From: Vicugna vicugna
Taxonomy: Eukaryota
Assembly (NCBI GenBank): GCA_013265495.1
Contig: MU060887.1
Location: 6,510,001-6,574,000 of the forward strand
Direction: 5' to 3'
Length of the DNA stretch: 64,000 bases
The notes under the pieces were generated by a model. That model had not been told where the DNA came from and made no database searches. It saw only the letters and a list, made by a program, of their open reading frames with translations. Positions 35,101-46,789 of the stretch are shown here, one piece after another; positions within the stretch are counted from its first letter, which is position 1; each line of letters starts with the position of its first letter. Position numbers and translations under genes: made by a program.

Positions 35101-36866
35101 GCTGGGCGCTCTGGCTCTGAGCTGGCGCCGGCAAGGCCGGGGGTGCGTCCCGTGAGGGCTGGCCCCGCGGCCGGGCTTTACCTGTGAGCGTCCCCGGTCG
35201 CACCCCGGGTGCTGTAGGGGAGCAGCCGGCGGCGGGGAGGGCCGGCGGGCCCCCGCTGAGCCGCCCTGCCGCCCGCCCAGGCACGCCGTTCCCCAGGAAC
35301 TTCCTGCAGGTGGTGAGGAAGATCCTGTCCCGGCTCTTCCGCGTGTTCGTGCACGTCTACATCCACCACTTCGACCGCATCGCGCAGCTCGGCTCCGAGG
35401 CCCACGTCAACACCTGCTACAAGCACTTCTACTACTTCGTCACCGAGTTCGGCCTCATTGACACCAAGGAGCTGGAGCCGCTGGTGAGCTGGGTTCCTCC
35501 TGTCCCCACCCCTGCTGGGGGCGCCCCCGGTGACACCAGACCCCGGTCCTGGGGGGTCTCCCCAGCCGCGGCCTCGAGGGGCTCCTGCCTGCAGCTGCCC
35601 CCGCTTTCTCTGGAGCCCCCACCCCCACCGCCTCGCCCTCCTGCCCTGCCCGCCCTTGCACGGGAGGCTTTTCTGTTTCGTTTAATTTTTAAAAATTGTG
35701 TGTGTGGGAGGAGATAAGGAGATTTATTTATTTTCAGAGGAGGCACTGGGGATTGAACCCAGGACCTCATGCATGCTAAGCACATGTTCTGCCATTTGAG
35801 CTATTCCCTACCCGCTCTGGTTTTAGTTGAGGTAAAGTTTACATAATGTAGAATCAGTTGTTGTGAGGTGAACAACTCAGTAGTGTTCAGACCATTCACA
35901 GACTGTGCAGCCACTACCTCTGACAAGTTCCAGAACCTTCCATCCCCCAGAAGCAGCCCCACCCCCATCAGCTGTCACCCTAGCCCCTGCAATCACTAAT
36001 CTGCTCTGTCTCGGGGGATTTGCTGCTTTGGCCACTGTTGACCCCACCCTGGAGCTGGGATAGTTCAGGTCACCTGGGCTGTGACGTGGAGCCGGGCTGT
36101 GCCACGGCGGTCCCCAGTGGCTTTGAGCAGGACCTGCGAGTCACAGGACACAGGTGGCTGCTCTCCCAGTGCCCACCAGCTGCAGCCACCATTCACCAGG
36201 GTGGAGAACACCCCCAGGGTGATCACAGTGGTTGGGAGCACCTCCATGCCCCCTCCCTGGGCATTTCCCCAGGTCGGAAGTGCTGGAATGACCCGGGGCC
36301 CCCTGGGACAGGGAGACTGAGAGTCGAACTCTGCGCCCCCTTCAGAAACTTCTCAAAACACCTTCGTGTGACTGTTTCACTTCTGTGTGTTCCCTCACAG
36401 GCCCTGCCTATCAGTTAACGAGTTTCCAGAGTTAAAGTTCTAGTGCACATGCCGAGTGGGGAAGGGGTTTTATGCTGGGGTCAAGGAATGTTCTGGAACT
36501 AGATAGAAGTGGGGGTTGGGACAGCTGTGGAGTGGGCGCCGCTTTACCCGGCTCGCTTTATGGGACTCTCAGCTCAGCAGGTACTACACATGTTGTGACC
36601 ACTCACTTACTTTTTTCACCTCGGTGGCACACCCCTCTTCTCCCCCCTTGGTGCTCAGAGCCCTTCCTGGAGCCAGACCCTGCCGCCCTGGCCTTTGGCA
36701 CGCTGCCGGCTGTCCCGTTCTCTGTGAGGTTTCCGTTAGATGAGGCCCGTGGGCCCCTTGAGACCATGTCCCCTGGTCTCCCTCTTGCCTGTGGTTTCCT
36801 GACGTGGGTATCTGCTGTGCTGATTGTTCTTAACAGAAAGAAATGACCGCACGGATGTGCCACTGA
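31733..36866 (+). CDS. MOB3A: MOB kinase activator 3A, complete spliced CDS (3 coding exons, 217 aa)
   Basis: 421+203+30 = 654 nt; [22 protein letters not shown]...KEMTARMCH*; Mob1/phocein-fold zinc ligands CTERSC and HVYIHH. Confidence 0.97.
32190..32547 (-). mobile_element. old L1M 3'-end fragment, GC-shifted
   Basis: AACAGCTTT...AAAGTGCACAGTTCAGTGGCATTTTAGTACATT and the same core as 11543-11750. Confidence 0.7.
32548..32865. mobile_element. MLT1 solo LTR remnant
   Basis: TTAAGGGTCTTGAGATGGGGAGATTATTCTGGATTATCTGGGTG...GGAACTGT. Confidence 0.7.
33590..33780. mobile_element. MER58-like hAT remnant
   Basis: TTCCAGTAAAACTTTATTTACAGAAGCAGGC core. Confidence 0.65.
35281..35483 (+). CDS. MOB3A: MOB3A coding exon (203 nt)
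   Basis: [30 protein letters not shown]...ELEPL|gtgag. Confidence 0.95.
35681..35813 (-). mobile_element. tRNA-derived SINE, camelid vic-1-like
   Basis: B box GGGTTCAATCCCCAG on the minus strand plus an AATAAATC...CTCC tail. Confidence 0.85.
35815..36130 (-). mobile_element. old L1M 3'-end fragment
   Basis: GAGGTAAAGTTTACATAA...ACCATTCACAGACTGTGCAGCCACTACC...TTCCAGAAC. Confidence 0.6.
36837..36866 (+). CDS. MOB3A: MOB3A last coding exon (30 nt to TGA)
   Basis: taacag|KEMTARMCH*. Confidence 0.92.
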   Translation, partial: KEMTARMCH

Positions 36867-38184
36867 GAGCCCGCGGCCCTGCTGTCACCAGTGCCGCACC
36901 TGGGGGACACTCCGACTCTGGGGCTGTATCTCCGGAACCAGGACCCATGTGTTCTGATCCAGCGAGCTCTGCCGCTGGGGTTGTGTCCTTGCTTCGATTC
37001 CAAGGTGGCAGCAGCCGTGGAGCCCCACGCCGTGGCACCCGGCCTCCCTGAGCCTGCCTCCTCTGCTGCCTCGGGGGAGGTTGAACTTGAACTCTGCGAC
37101 TCTGTGCGTTGTGAGCGACCAGGAGAACCCACTTCGCTTGTAAACCACTTGCATCTGCCTCGAGGCTGGAGCTGTGGCCGGGCCTCGGGCTGCCCACCTG
37201 GGGCCTGTCTCCTCAGCAGCCCGCTCGGTCTGGGGCCCTGGGGCCCTGGGGCCTGACCGTTGAGGCTGGGATAGGTGATCCCGCCCTGGCCCCGAGTCCG
37301 GTTCCCAGCGGCCAGGTCCCGTCCTCCCCGCAGCCTCCCCAGCTCGCTTCCATTCCCCGCTTCCTCCCAGAGGCTCGGCGCGTCTGCCGGCTTCTGGAGC
37401 CCACGCCCGCGTCCCACGTCCCTGTGGCCCCTTCGTGTCCCGTGAAGGGTTGAATCCTTGGCTGCATTTACCACTGCCATGAGATGTTACAGGGGAGGGG
37501 AGCGTGTTTTACCTACAAACAGTGAGCGCCCCTCCCTGGAAAAATGTCCCCTTTCTGTCACAAACGACAGGATGACTCCATGGAACGCCTCTCCTCCAGG
37601 ATTGGGACCTTTGAGTTTCACCGAATGTTTCGCTAGAACTGGCCTTTTCACGTGCCCGCCAACTTCACGTTGAAGCCCTCTGGGGTGCGGCACCCCTGTG
37701 GCTACAGGACCAAAACCCCACACCATCTCCCCGCAGAGCCTTGGGAGGTGGGACCGCACTGCGGTGGCCACAGAAGCCACGCCCAGCCCCCACCCCAGCC
37801 CTGCCAAAGGCATCCTGGGCGGCCTCTGCCTCAGGCCACACAGACTCTGAGTACCCCCGGGTGTCTGGGATGCTTGCATTGAGGGGGTCACCGCCACCAC
37901 CCAACACCAGCACAGATCAAGTGCAATTAACGCGACCCGGGCCTCTGTCCCTTCAGAAGCCGCTGGAGTCCGGCTCTCAGAGGCCTCGGAGGCGGCCCTG
38001 AAGGACTTCAGGAAGCCAGCTGATCGGCTGATCGAATGTAGCTCCTTTTAAATGCAGAACTATGACCAAGTGCCATAACCACTGTGCCCTCCAGGTCACC
38101 GGCCAGGTGGGGGAAGGAGGAGGGACAGGAGGACAGAGGGTCCCCTGCCCCCCCCACCCCAGTGTGCTCCCACACGATCAGCAG

Positions 38185-38190
38185 AATAAA
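38185..38190 (+). terminator. MOB3A polyadenylation signal AATAAA
   Basis: Canonical hexamer about 1.3 kb after the stop, followed by a T-rich downstream tract (cttatttctgtatttct). Confidence 0.7.
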
Positions 38191-38989
38191 CTGTACTGTC
38201 TCCTGACCTGCAGTTGCTGCTTATTTCTGTATTTCTGGCGGGAGGGCCTGGCATTGGGACATGTCACCACTGTCACCAGGGTGCCATCGTCCCCAGGGGC
38301 GAGGAAATCTTAGACGTCACCATGGCTGGTGGCCCGCCCAGTAGATAACCGTGCGTGCAGTGTGGGTGGGGCGAGAATTTCCTGGAGTGCAGGGCGGGAC
38401 GGCGAAGACAGGCGAGTGGAGAGCAGGTGGAGAGGCACCCACCTCCCTCCGCGCTCCAGCTGTGTCTTGTCTTGCCTTCAGCACTGAACACGTGTGATTC
38501 TGTCTGCCTCTGTTACATAAAAAAAAAAGTTTCCAGGAAACTGAACCGTGTGCAGAACAGAATGAGAGGGAACAGACAGGGGTGGCTTCTGTCTCAGCCC
38601 TGTCCTCGCTGGCCTGCGACCTTGGTCTGTGATGACTTCACCTCAGAACTTTTTCTTACGTGTGAGAGATGGGATCAGTCACTCTCAGGGGCCCCTTTCA
38701 AACAGAAAACTTAACGGCAGAGCAGGAGGTCGGCTGTAGACGGAAGGTCCTTTGCAAGGCTGGTTGGGGCCTGTGCCTGGAGGGTGGCCTCCAGCCCAGC
38801 GTGTGGCTTCCTGCCCCTAGAGGGCGCGCCATCCCCGTCGGAGGGAGAGTATCTCCAGCATGAATTCTCTGTTACTTGGAAATACCTTCCAAAGAAGCCA
38901 GTTTCCTTACCCTTTGATTTTGCAAGTGCACCACAAGATTTCCAGGACCAGTTTAAAATCTGAGGAGCTGTTACTGTTATTTGGAACAA

Positions 38990-39440
38990 CAGCCCCTGAA
39001 GACGTTCACATCCTGATCCCAGGACCTGAGGACATGTCACCTCACCAGGCAGAGGGGACGCTGCAGGTGGGGTTAAGTTAAGGCCCCGGGATGGGGATGA
39101 CCCTGGATTCCCCAGGGGGACCCTGTGCCATCACAGGGTCCTCATCAGAGGGAGGCGGGAGGTCAGAGTCAGAGAGAGACGGGGGATGCTGCGCTGCTGG
39201 CGGTGAGGATGGAGGGAGGGGCCGCGAGCCAGGGATGCGGCGCCTCTAGAAGCTGGAAGAGGCAGGGGCCGCTCCTCCCTGGAGCTTCCGGAGGGACCAG
39301 CCCCGCCCACACCTGAATTGAGCTCCGTGAAACCCATTTTGGACTTGTGAGCTCCAGAACTTTAAGGGAATAAATGTGTATTATTTAAGTCACAGCGTTT
39401 GTGGTGACTTACTACAGCAGCCACAGGAAACTCATACACT
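38990..39440. mobile_element. MLT1D-like solo LTR (opposite orientation to the 29195 copy)
   Basis: CCTCTAGAAGCTGGAAG...CTCCAGAACT...AATAAATGTGTATTATTTAAG...CAGCAGCCACAGGAAACTCATACA. Confidence 0.8.
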
Positions 39441-40284
39441 CTTCAGAAGGAAATGTTTTGTACGCAGAATGCCTGCGACCCGCTGACTTGGGCTGCCTGG
39501 AATGCAAGAATTAGGCAGGCCGACTTCTGAGCAACTCCTCCCTCCACGGGCCTGAGACTCGCTCATCCTTACAGGATGGTGCATCCCAAAATGTGTCCAA
39601 CCAGAAGAGGTAATGGGGGCAGGAGCTGGCGTCTGGAAGGCTGGCCAGGTGGTAGAAGGAAGCAGCTAGGTTGCTCGGACAAAACCCGCTGGTCCTGGCC
39701 AACACGGGAGGGGCTGCCACTCAGGAATGACCGCGGACTTGCCTCATCCCAATAGGCCTGACAAAGAAGGGCAGGACAGCCTGGAGGCAGCCTCCAGGGG
39801 GCCCGTAAGAGATGTTCTTCCAGTAAGTCGACAACCACCAGCAGGACCATCTGAGAAGATCCGAGCCGTCTGCGCTAGAGGCTTCCGGCCTGGAGCAGGC
39901 ATGGTCCTAGACCCATGCTCTCCACTCCAGCGTCTGATAGCTGGTCCCGCCTTGACCACCCAACGCAGAGGCGGGGAGCTGGCCCTGGGGGCACAGAGGG
40001 AGGGTTTGAGAACCTCAGATACGCCTGTGTCTCTGCTGAGCTCATGCTTCGAGGGGTGTCCCCTAACGCAGCGAAGCCCCGCCCGGTTCGCCCGGTTGTT
40101 CATTGTTTCACAGCTACGATACGCGTTCCTCCAGCTGAGCATTCATACACATCCTTAAGTACTGACGCAGGTGACTGCCAAGACTGGTGTCGGAGGGAAA
40201 TCGCATTGCAGGGGGCTTCTGATGCGCTGTGTGTTGCCCTGCAGAAAGGGCAAACCAACTTACACTTGCATCAGCACGTCTCCT

Positions 40285-40412
40285 GGGGGGACGGTGCAGC
40301 TCAGCGGTAGAGCACATGCGTAGCATACAGAAGGTCCTGGGTTCAATCCCCAGTACCTCCTCCAAAACTAAATAAATAAACCTGATTACTTCCCCACACC
40401 AAAAAGAAAAAA
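40285..40412 (+). mobile_element. tRNA-derived SINE, camelid vic-1-like, full length
   Basis: GGGGACGGTGCAGCTCAGCGGTAGAGC...GGTTCAATCCCCAGTACCTCC...AATAAATAAACCTGATTACTTCCCC, then an A-rich tail. Confidence 0.9.
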
Positions 40413-40864
40413 CCTGTTTCCTGGGTTTCCATCTTCCTCTCAGCCCTGGATATTGGGCCTTGAGTCCTTTCTCAGCCTGACAGGGACCATCCTTATTATA
40501 AGTAAGTCACTGTTGACCAGTTAGTTAAATTACCAACTCCTATGCTTTGTCCACTTCTCCCCTGGGAAGTGGTCCTTTCCTTACTGGCTTATAAACACCT
40601 TTACATATCAGCTTGTAAATGTTTTTCACATACTTATCTATAAAAGCTTGCCTGTATGTAATCTGTCATGTGTGTTACACAAACTTCTCCTGGTTTCTCG
40701 TTTGCCTTTAACTTGGTTTACGATCATTTTGGCATACTTTTCCCTTACTCTTGAACTTTCATATTTTTGGTCAGTCTTTCTACCCCTGCTGATGAGCTTA
40801 GAAACTTGGGCTGGGGAAGGCCTTTATGTAAATATGAAAACCTCTGGTTTCTTCAGATTCTCCA

Positions 40865-40950
40865 TTTTCTTTTTAAATGGAGATGCTGGAGATTGAACCC
40901 AGGACCTCGTGCAAGCTAAGCAGACGCTCTACCACTGAGCTACACCTCTA
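40865..40950 (-). mobile_element. tRNA-derived SINE, 3'-truncated
   Basis: A and B boxes on the minus strand (GTAGCTCAGTGGTAGAG; GGTTCAATC). Confidence 0.85.
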
Positions 40951-41634
40951 CACCCCCTTTTTCCTTTTTTTCCAATGTTAAACACCAGATAAACTAGAGA
41001 GTTCAATTTCCACGTGTGGTGTGAGGTAAGGCTCTACAGAAATTTGCCTTTTTTAAATAATCAGTGAATCGCCTCCTCCAGCCATATGACCCCTCTGCAC
41101 AGATCGGAAATGCTGCTGATTTACACAGGGGTCTGTTTCTGGCTTTTCTGGGAGTTTGCCTATCCCAGCCTCCAGTTTTAATGTACCTTCTGAAGTTAGA
41201 GTGATTTCAGCATCTGGCAATATGAGTTTCTTATCTTAAAGTATATATATATATTCCTGACTATCCCGAGTATAATTGCAGACGAACTTCAGAGTTACTT
41301 TAAGTGCCCTCTTGAGTTTGGAACTGATTTCATAACTGGCTGCTTTTGTGAATTTGAGGTTGATTCTCCTGCCGTTTCTCAATTGAGCACCACATTTGCA
41401 GGTGACGTTAATTGCATGTAGTCATCTTGTATGGCCAGAATCAGTAGCTGCTAGTCCACAGATGATGATAACTGGCAAAACTAAGCTCACGAAGTGAATA
41501 TACATACGTAGTTAACTGCTGGTGAAATGTAAGCTAATATGCATCCTTTTAGATTAACTGGCGGGACAAAGGCGGGGAAAGCAGCCGCTGCGGAAGGTGG
41601 AACATACAGAAAACAGCAGGGATGGACATTTAAA

Positions 41635-41712
41635 ATTTTTTTTTAATTTTTAATTCTTTTTTGGGAGGAGGGGGAGGTAATATGGTTTATTTATTTGCAT
41701 TTTTATGGGGTG
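41635..41712 (-). mobile_element. SINE 3' fragment
   Basis: AATAAATAAACCATATTACCTCCCC tail plus A tract; head missing. Confidence 0.55.
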
Positions 41713-42533
41713 AATATTTTAAAGCATCACACAAGATTAGCTCACAGAAAACCAAGGCAGCAGTCATGGGTAGGGCTTGGCTAAATGGAGTCCCTCCCTG
41801 GTTTTATGAAAAAGTTTTACTGGCACCCAGCTCTGCCGGCCCAGGTACAGACCATCTGCAGCCCAAGGTGAAGCAGAGCCAGCGGGACAGAGAAGCTGAA
41901 AACAGCCACTCTCGGGCCTCCAGAGGAAAAGTTGTCCAGTTCCTGACATGGAGGTTGATTCCCTTGTCCTGGTAAAATCTGAGGACTTCGCAGAGGAGTA
42001 GAACCACTGCCCTGACACCGTCTTCCCTCCACACACACTTAGACAGGGGTGGTGCTGGCCGAACTCCGCAGCTACTAACCCCCTGAGCCCTGCACTTTCA
42101 ATGGGAGAATCTCATGGCATGTGACTTCTGTCCCAATAAAGCGCTTTTTAAAAAAGGCACAGCATGGTTCAGAGGGGATCAGGCAACCCAGTCATGAGAA
42201 AGCAGGCATTGCGATAACACACATGGGAAAGAGTGTACTTATTTTGATCAAGTTTTCTTGGTTAATTTATAGGGGACATCTATTATCTATAGGGAACATA
42301 TATTAGAAAACTTGATGTGTGGAAATACATTAAATGAGATATAAATTTCAGAAAACATATTGAAATGATTTAATAAACATTTAAAGTTACTTCTCTTGCC
42401 AGCTAAGAAAATACATTAATATACTGATACATTAATATATGTTTATTTATATATTAATTATAAAATGATGGATACTTTTATTAAGATTATTTTATATCAT
42501 ATAATTCACTTACAAAATTAATATATGAATTTA

Positions 42534-42610
42534 GGGGGAGGGTGTAGCTTAGCATGCACGAGGTCCTGGGTTCAATCCCCAGTACCTCCATTAAATATTT
42601 TTTAAAAAGA
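42534..42610 (+). mobile_element. tRNA-derived SINE with internal deletion
   Basis: GGGGAGGGTGTAGCT joined directly to TAGCATGCACGAGGTCCTGGGTTCAATCCCCAGTACCTCC. Confidence 0.85.
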
Positions 42611-43903
42611 AATAGAATGTTTAAAAATATACATATTAATTTAATATAATTAAAAGTAAAATAATATGTTATATATGCAATCCATTAAAGGTTATTTACT
42701 GGCCATTGTTTTTGAATTTCTCACTCAACAACCAGAGAGCCTCGGTTTTGGCCAGACTACCAGAAAAGCATTTGTGAACATTGATTTCCTTATTTAACCG
42801 ATGGTATATTCAACTACATGAAAAATGTCAAATTTCAAAAAAAAAAAAACAGAAAACAACACCCAAAACAGCACAGGCCATCGCCTCTAATCCGAAGGCA
42901 GTTGCGTGCCGGTCGCAGCCTCCCAACAGCAAGTCAGTTGCGGCAGGACCGGCCCTGTGCTGCTCACTGTGACTGCAGGACAACCTGCAGCCATAACCAG
43001 CAGGGCCCTTAAAAGACAGCGTGCCTGTCCCGGGACCCGGACTCACGGGGCACTCCTGGGCCCGCTTGCAGGGCCCTGCAGGGGCAGGAGCTCACGGGCC
43101 TGAGGGCGGGGGCCCCCATTTGTTTCACGGGCTCACTCTATTGGTGAATTGAAAACAGACAGCAGGACTTTAAAGGGTGGGAAGGGAAAACACAAGCAGT
43201 ACAAATTGGTCAGTTACTGAAACCAGCCAAGACCTGTAACACCAGGCAGCCTCCGTGTGGAGACAGCCCGGATCCTTACGTTGCCAGGAGCCGGCAAGCT
43301 GTTGGTCCGTGATGCCCTCTTTGAAGTCAGTAAGTCAGGCCCTCACCTTATGAAAAAGAAAACAAAAAAGAAGATCAGCTGTCAGGACTTAGGCGACAGC
43401 AGCAAAACTAGAAGTTAATAGCCAAAGGTTAAATAGCCCTCAGCCGTCGGAAACAGACTAAGCCTCCTGAACGAGTACCTCTGCCCGGGGAGAAGAGCCC
43501 AGGTTTTTTTGTTTTGTTTTTTTTTAACTGAAGTAAGGTTGACTTACAAGAAGAGCCCAGATTTTAAGGGAAGAGTCCATGCTGCAGGGTCAGACAAACC
43601 CAACAAAAAACCTGCTGACAAAGGGGGCCGGTCATCCTCTGGGGGGGCGCTGCGGGGGTGACGCAGCATCCCTGGCCCCACCTACTGGATGCCAGAAGCC
43701 CCCCAGACATGACCCCGTGTCCCCTGAGGGCAGAACCCCCGCGGGTGCGGAGGGTCTGGGCACAGGAGGGTGGTGCCCTTCTGCTCCACCATTGAGGAGA
43801 ATCTGGGCACCCCGGCCGACGCCTCACACCCTCACCAGCACCGCCTCTGAGCTGCGTTCTCAGCACAGTTCCTCCTGAAATTTCTTACAAGTGACAGCAG
43901 GTC

Positions 43904-44027
43904 TTTTATTTGGGGGGCAGGTAATTAGGTTTATTTGTGTGTTTATTTAACGGGGGCACTGGGGATTGAACCCAGGACTCCGTGCACGCCAAGCACGTGC
44001 TCCGCCGCTGAGCTCCACCCTCCCCCC
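43904..44027 (-). mobile_element. tRNA-derived SINE (copy 1 in tandem duplication)
   Basis: A/B boxes and TAATTACC tail on the minus strand. Confidence 0.88.
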
Positions 44028-44144
44028 AGAGACGTTTCCTTAAGCGCCTGTTTCCATCCTGGATGTTCTTCAGACGTGGGGTCCCCTGCGCCCGGCTGCT
44101 GATCTCCTGTGGCGGAATGCTCACAGGCCTGCTAACAGCAGGTC

Positions 44145-44268
44145 TTTTATTTGGGGGGCAGGTAATTAGGTTTACTTGTGTGTTTATTTAACGGGGGCGC
44201 TGGGGATTGAACCCAGGACTCCGTGCACGCCACGCACGTGCTCCACCGCTGAGCTCCACCCTCCCCCC
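44145..44268 (-). mobile_element. tRNA-derived SINE (copy 2 in tandem duplication)
   Basis: Near-identical to 43904-44027, offset by 241 nt. Confidence 0.88.
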
Positions 44269-45359
44269 AGAGACGTTTCCTTAAGTGCCTGTTTCCGTCC
44301 TGGATGTTCTTCAGACGTGGGGCCCCCCGCGCCCGGCTGCTGATCTCCTGTGGCGGAATGCTCACAGGCCTGCTCAGACCCTCCCAGGAAACGCAGAGCG
44401 TTCGGATGTTTGCACCTGGGGTTCACAGGACAGCAGGGTCCACCTGGCGCTGTCCTCACACGGTCTAGCGGCCAGCAGGAAAGCACCCCCCCCAAGTCAT
44501 CCCCGACCCGCGCCAGAGTCTGACCGCTGACGGTTCAGGGCTTTCGGTCCACTCACAGGTCGTCCAGCTGTCACCTCCGCCTCAGTCCAGAATATTCTCA
44601 TGCCTCTAAAAGAAGCCCTGTGCAGTCACGCCCCCATTGCCCGCTTTCTGTCTCTCTGGATTTGCCTATTCTGGACTTTCCCCGTAACCCGCGGCTGCGC
44701 TCCACCCCGCCCTACCGCGGGCCTTGCGTCCTTGGACAGGAATTCTCCCAGGAAGGCCACCGGGCAAAGAGACTGGGGGGAGGCCAGTCCCCACAGCCGC
44801 CAGGCCATCAAGTCCCTCCACTGCTCGGCCCAAGGATCCAGCAGACGCTGAGGGTGGACCTGAATCTCCCTGGGGACACTTGGCCCTCCCAGCCCTTCAC
44901 TGAACAGTGGAGCTGGAGTCTGGTGGCCACCCCTCCCCATCCCCCGCTGCGCAGGACACCCAGCCTTAACTTACCAAGTTGCTGGAAACACCTCCCTCTG
45001 GCCAGGCACAGGGCCCTGGTCCTGACCTCAAAGAGCAAGGTACGCGGTGTGTCCTGACACAGGGAGGCGGCCTCAGGATGCCCCACACTTACTGGGCCAC
45101 TATCCTTCCACCACCGTCCCACCCATGTCCTTGCTTTGCGCGAGCAGTTCTCCCTGCCCGTTCCTCCGGCTCTGTTCGGGGGCCATAGTGAGCTCCCCAG
45201 GAAAGGACCAGAGCAGGGGGACCCATCCCACCCTCTGTCAAGCAAGAGTACTCGTCCGTCATTCTAGGCCCCAGAACCCACCCAGAAGCCATGCCAGTCT
45301 GTCACAGCAGCATCAGACAGCTCTTCACTCAGCCCTTCACATCTGCCTGGGTGAGGGCA

Positions 45360-45612
45360 TGTTGGTTTCCCGCAGTGGCTGTGATGAATCACCAAAACTT
45401 GGTGGCTTAAAACCACGCACATCTATCATCTCACAGTCCTGGAGGTCAGGAGTCCCACATGGGTCCACAGGGCTAAGATCCAGGCGTGGGCAGGGCGGGT
45501 CCCTCCGGAGTCTCCAGGGGAGAATCGGGTCCTGCCTTTTCCAGCTTCTAGAGGCGCCGCATCCCTGGCTCGCAGCCCCTTCCTCCACCCTCACCGCCCA
45601 CAGCGCAGCATG
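45360..45612. mobile_element. MLT1D-like LTR fragment
   Basis: CACCAAAACTTGGTGGCTTAAAAC...TCACAGTCCTGGAGG...CCAGCTTCTAGAGGC. Confidence 0.75.
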
Positions 45613-46789
45613 CTGGCCCCTAGGAGACAGCCCACCCCACGGGTACCCCCATAAACCCCCAAAGAATCCTGGACACGTGGGACAAACTTCCCCCTGTCTG
45701 GGGCCCCCGGGAGAGTGTGGAGACCATGGACAGCAAATTGGGAGGTGGCCTTGGCCCCCCAGACCAAAGCCAGACTTCCCTGAGCATAGCCTGCCTGGAG
45801 GCAGGAAAGACTGCTTGCAGAAAAGCTGGAGGCTTAGGAACCTCAGAGACATGTCCTGCTCCACACCTCAGAACGCCAAGCTTGTACCGACAGGTCATCT
45901 TTAATGGGTCAGTTTCAGACCTACAGAAAAGTTGCAAAAGTTGTACTGCAAGTTCCTGGATGCCCCCAGTCCAATTTTCCCTAAAGCTAATGTCTTACAT
46001 CACCAGGGGACAAAGACCAAAGCAGGACAGCCCAGGTTAGTGGTGTCCAAGGGCACTGGGGTGGGGGGGTGATGGAAGTACAGGAAAAGGGACCACTAGA
46101 GGGAAGCTGGGGCCACATCCCAAAGCCTGCCATGGACCAGGGGCTCTGACCAGCTAACTGTCCCTCTCTTGCCCAGGTCTCTGGGCCGATGTCACATCTT
46201 ACCCCTGATCTGTGTTATATTGACCTGGACCATCTGACAGTGGAGAGGAGGGCCCATCCAGAGAGGCCATTGCCCCCCAGAATCCACAGGAAACAGACCC
46301 TCACCACCAAACTCCTTTGCTTTCCACTGTGGGAACAGAGGGCCAGTGGGGATAGTGCCAGGGCATCAAGACCCGAGGACAGCGGACACAACCTCCCGGA
46401 CCTACAGATGGAGGAAAGGTCCTTGTAAGGGACGTTTCCTGGCCCCTGGGGAGGATGGGTGGGTGCAGGGGATCAGGCTGGAGGACAGATGCAGACCCCC
46501 AGCTGCGGTATGCTCTATGCTCTTCTGGCGGACAGGCTCTCCCCAAAGCCACGAGGCGTGGGTGATCCTGGGATGGGAGGGCGATGGGGAGGGTGCTGCC
46601 TGGGGTTCAGGTGTAAACCGCAGCACTGCCCACATGCACGGGGTCCCTTCGAGGGAGCTGCGGGCTCTGGATGTGTCGCCCCCCGCTCATTTGCTATGCG
46701 CACCTGAGAAAACTGAAACTCAGGGAGACCTGTGGTCCGGGCCCGCGGACCCCCTAACCCTCTGTGTGCCCTTCTCCCCGAACAGGGAG

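Larger units (their letters stand above)
43894..44374. repeat. direct tandem duplication, 2 x about 241 bp
   Basis: ACAGCAGGTCTTTTATT...CACAGGCCTGCT repeats at 43894 and 44135 with about 9 mismatches. Confidence 0.95.

Noticed and set aside
40285-40360. tRNA-Ala-like sequence
   Set aside because: Head of a SINE with an A-rich tail; stems are degenerate and many copies exist.
41460-41570. possible C/D snoRNA (ATGATGA box C)
   Set aside because: No properly spaced CTGA box D or terminal stem, and not in a host intron.
43894-44374. CRISPR-like or other prokaryotic array
   Set aside because: Only two long units with no spacers; the window is clearly eukaryotic with spliced genes.
45047-45904. 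285-aa ORF
   Set aside because: Runs through an MLT1 LTR; the same peptide (FQLLEAPHPWLAAP) recurs wherever the LTR core recurs.
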